NCBI GenBank assembly: GCA_048938855.1
Contig: JBHLLT010000003.1
Coordinates: forward strand, 32,001 to 96,000
Origin: Promethearchaeota archaeon
GTDB lineage: Archaea; Asgardarchaeota; Lokiarchaeia; Sigyniarchaeales; SOKP01
DNA: 64,000 nucleotides
Direction of reading: 5' to 3'
The notes beneath the pieces are model-generated. The model did no database searches, had not been told where the DNA came from, and saw only the letters and a program-made list of their open reading frames with translations. This document shows, piece after piece, positions 61,280 through 64,000 of the stretch (its first letter is position 1; every line of letters starts with the position of its first letter). The translations under genes were made by a program, and so were the position numbers.

Positions 61280-61738
61280 TTAAGCCTCAGCTTTCGCTTG
61301 AGCTTTTCCTTTCTTAGGTGTGCCTTTTGTACGTAAGGGACTTGGTCCTAATTTACGTATTGTCTTATCGATTTCAATTGCTTCATTTTGAAATTTCTGA
61401 CCTTCGGCTGCAGTACAGTAGATCATTTTTAATCTATCCGGGCTTATCCCAATAACTTTTAGTATTTCTTTAAGATATTCAACTTGCCTATAAGCATGGT
61501 AATTACCAGTCTCATAATCGCATTCGCCAGGGTATCAAGCGTTAATTACAACTCCGTCAGCACCTCTTCCAAATGCTCGCAATACAAGGTCAGGACCTAC
61601 ACGACCAGAGCAAGGTACTAAAACATTTCTAATACTGTCTGGATATTGAGCCCGAATAGTACCTGCCATATCTGCAGAGCCGTACCCTCATTTCCAGCAA
61701 GCAAATACAATAATTTTAATATCATTATCTTCTGCCAT
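61280..61738 (-). CDS. mvhD: MvhD/VhuD [2Fe-2S] protein, selenoprotein with 2 Sec (U17, U68); absent from the ORF track
   Basis: MAEDNDIKIIVFACWKUGYGSADMAG...VPCSGRV...GADGVVINAUYPGECDYETGN...; UGA at 61688-61690 and 61535-61537; ends TAA; 152 aa. Confidence 0.93.
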
Positions 61739-61750
61739 TTTCTTCCCTCT

Positions 61751-63727
61751 CTATTCCTCTATTGGTAATAATTCATCTACTAAAGCCATATATTGTTGAT
61801 CTCTAAAGTAAGTTAATTCTATTGCTTTTGATGGACATAATGATGCACAAGTGCCACATCCCCGACAATTTATTAAATCGACGACAATGTTTCCAGTTTC
61901 ATTTATCGAAATAGCTGTATAAGGACACGCTTCAATACATTTATAACATTTCGCACAACGTTCATCTGATGGTGTAGCTCGAATTAATTCCATAGTATAT
62001 TCTCCTTTTCCCATCGGAATGCCTGCAACTGATGCTGCTCCTCTTGCTTGACTCACAGCTTTGTCTATCTCTTTTTGCCCTTGAGCAGAACCACAAATGT
62101 AGATTCCTGGAACTTTAGTGCTAATAGGATCAAGTCTGGCATGGTATTCTTTTAAGAAACCATCAGGACTTTTTTCCATATTTAGTACTTTAGCAATTTC
62201 TATAGTACCTTGAGATGGTAGAGACGCTGGGGATAATACTACCATATGAAATTCCATAGTAACTACACTGTCAGTTCCAACCGGTTCAAATTGTACTATA
62301 AGATTTTTTGTAAGTGGATCTTCTTCAATTTTTCCTACTAAACCCTTAACAAATATAATTCCGGCATTTCGAGATCTTCTATAATATTCTTCATAATCTT
62401 TCCCTGCGCATCTCATATCTATATAACAACAAACTATCTGCGAATCTGGGTACTCTGATTTTATTAATTTTGAGTTTTTGAGAGACAGATTGCAACAAAT
62501 TACACTACAATGTGCATTTTTGTTGACATCTCTAGATCCTACGCAATTGATGAATAGAACTTTTGTAGGACGTTTTCCATCTGATGGACGCTTTAAATGT
62601 CCATATGTGGGGCCATTTGGAGCAAGTATCCTCTCTAGCTGTATTTGATTAATAACGTTATCGTAAATACCGTAACCATAATCATCTCCTTGGTAAAGAT
62701 CCCAACCAGTCGCAACTATTATTGTACCAACCTTGAGCTCCACAATTTCATCCTGCTGACTAAAATCTATAGCTTGTTGTTCACAAGCATCAACGCAAGC
62801 GAAACATTCAATGCAAGCTTCTCTATTAAGCTGTGATATTGCTGGAACTGCCTGTGCAAAAGCAATATCGATAACCTTTCTTGCGGAGAGATTTTCATCA
62901 AAGTAATTGCTAATATAGACGGGGCATACATCTGTACATGTCCCACAACCTGTACATTTGTCTTCAAGAACAAATCGAGCTTTCCTTCTAACTTTGACAT
63001 CAAAATTGCCAATGTAACCATCGATTTCAGAAACTTCACTGAAAGATAAGATTTCTATATTTGGATGACGATTAGCTTCAAGCATTTTTGGTCCCAAGAT
63101 TCATATGCTGCAATCATCTGTAGGGAACGTTCTATCGAGTTGTGACATTCGTCCTCCAATAGTGGTATTCTTTTCAACTAAATAGACTTTATATCCAGCA
63201 TCTCCTAAATCAATAGCTGCTGATAATCCGGCAATCCCTCCACCTACTACGAGAGCAGATGGTTCTACTGGCACAGTTTTAGTTGGTACATCTTCCAATA
63301 ATTTAGCTCGAGCAATGCCTGCTTTAATTAATTCAATTGCTTTTAAGGTAGCTTTTTCCCGCACTTCCGGAGCCTGATGAACGAATGAACAATGCTCTCG
63401 AATGTTTACAAATTCTAAATATCTTGGAGGCAAACCCATCTCAGTTAATATGGCATGAAAAACTGGTTGATGAGTTTTTGGAGTACATGCCGCAACTAAA
63501 ACCCTATTAAAGTTGACTTCTTCATGTTTTTCCTTGATTTCAGTAGATCCACCTTCAGTACATAGAGACAAATATGGGTAAGCCCAAACATTATCTAATT
63601 TATTTATTTCCTCGACAATCTTTGGAATATCTAAGATTCCTGCAATGTTGATACCTCAGTGACACACAAACACACCTATTCTAGGTTTTTCTTCGTTTTC
63701 ATTTTCGTTGGTCTGCTTTTCAGACAC
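61751..63727 (-). CDS. hdrA: Heterodisulfide reductase subunit A, selenoprotein with 2 Sec (U24, U209); split in the ORF track
   Basis: GTG start after GGTGG; 'RIGVFVCHUGINIAG' (UGA 63656-63658) and 'TFPTDDCSIUILGPKM' (UGA 63101-63103), all in one frame; 658 aa. Confidence 0.93.
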
Positions 63728-63895
63728 TTTAACCACCTTAAGTTAAACCTAACCTCCTAATTTTTATATGGTATCTTCTCTCTTAGTTTCTTAGAGTAAA
63801 TACAAGAATTTAATTTATGATATTGTAAATAGTTTATATTATTAAAATTCAATTGTTATAACAAGTAACTTCTCTTTTGGTATTTCTTAGTGAGT

Positions 63896-64000
63896 TTATA
63901 ATTTTAATATCATTTCTTTATCACCATCGTTTTCTCTAAAACCATATTTCTCGTATAAAGGTCTGCCAGAGGGAGTTGCATGTAGCATCACTGAATGAAT
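63896..64000 (-). CDS. C-terminal part of a GNAT acetyltransferase (truncated by the window edge)
   Basis: IHSVMLHATPSGRPLYEKYGFRE...; 'LHA...G..LY.K.GF' GNAT motif. Confidence 0.75.
   Translation of the reverse strand: MHSVMLHATPSGRPLYEKYGFRENDGDKEMILKL

Noticed and set aside
736-63039. Numerous 60-160-aa ORFs antisense to or overlapping long genes (e.g. 11645-12124, 24784-25131, 32990-33367, 37895-38677, 60636-60944)
   Set aside because: Shadow ORFs of well-supported genes, with no motifs of their own
61751-63727. hdrA as a split gene or pseudogene, as the ORF track implies
   Set aside because: Both interruptions are in-frame TGA at conserved Cys positions, with no frameshifts and a SECIS nearby
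1-64000. tRNA, rRNA, CRISPR arrays, transposases, integrases
   Set aside because: No GC-rich cloverleaf or rRNA-like segment, regularly spaced repeats or transposase/integrase motifs seen by eye

Overview
AT-rich, gene-dense archaeal DNA, very probably Asgard archaeal (Lokiarchaeia-like). The evidence is TFB, a geranylgeranyl reductase, GGTGA/GAGG ribosome-binding sites, two Loki-type profilins, Rab-like and longin-like proteins, and a eukaryote-like SECIS. It contains about 55 CDS. I found no rRNA, tRNA, CRISPR array or mobile element. Highlights: (1) a selenoprotein operon hdrA-mvhD-fdhB/frhB-like that the ORF track fragmented or missed, with four in-frame UGA codons at conserved Cys positions across two genes and only one visible SECIS hairpin (AUGA...GA core), located after mvhD; (2) a tandem array of three genes encoding four copies of an uncharacterised ~430-aa extracellular domain, each followed by a TM helix and a conserved basic cytoplasmic motif; (3) a folliculin-like longin domain retaining the 'DxxARG' arginine, fused to a degenerate small GTPase; (4) a GH94-like glycoside phosphorylase followed by three UroD/MtaA-family proteins; (5) an unannotated 51-aa, 8-Cys protein, a GH127 gene remnant, a crotonase with an inserted CxxCxGxG zinc finger, and candidate operator palindromes. 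All family assignments come from motif recognition by eye; no database searches were run.
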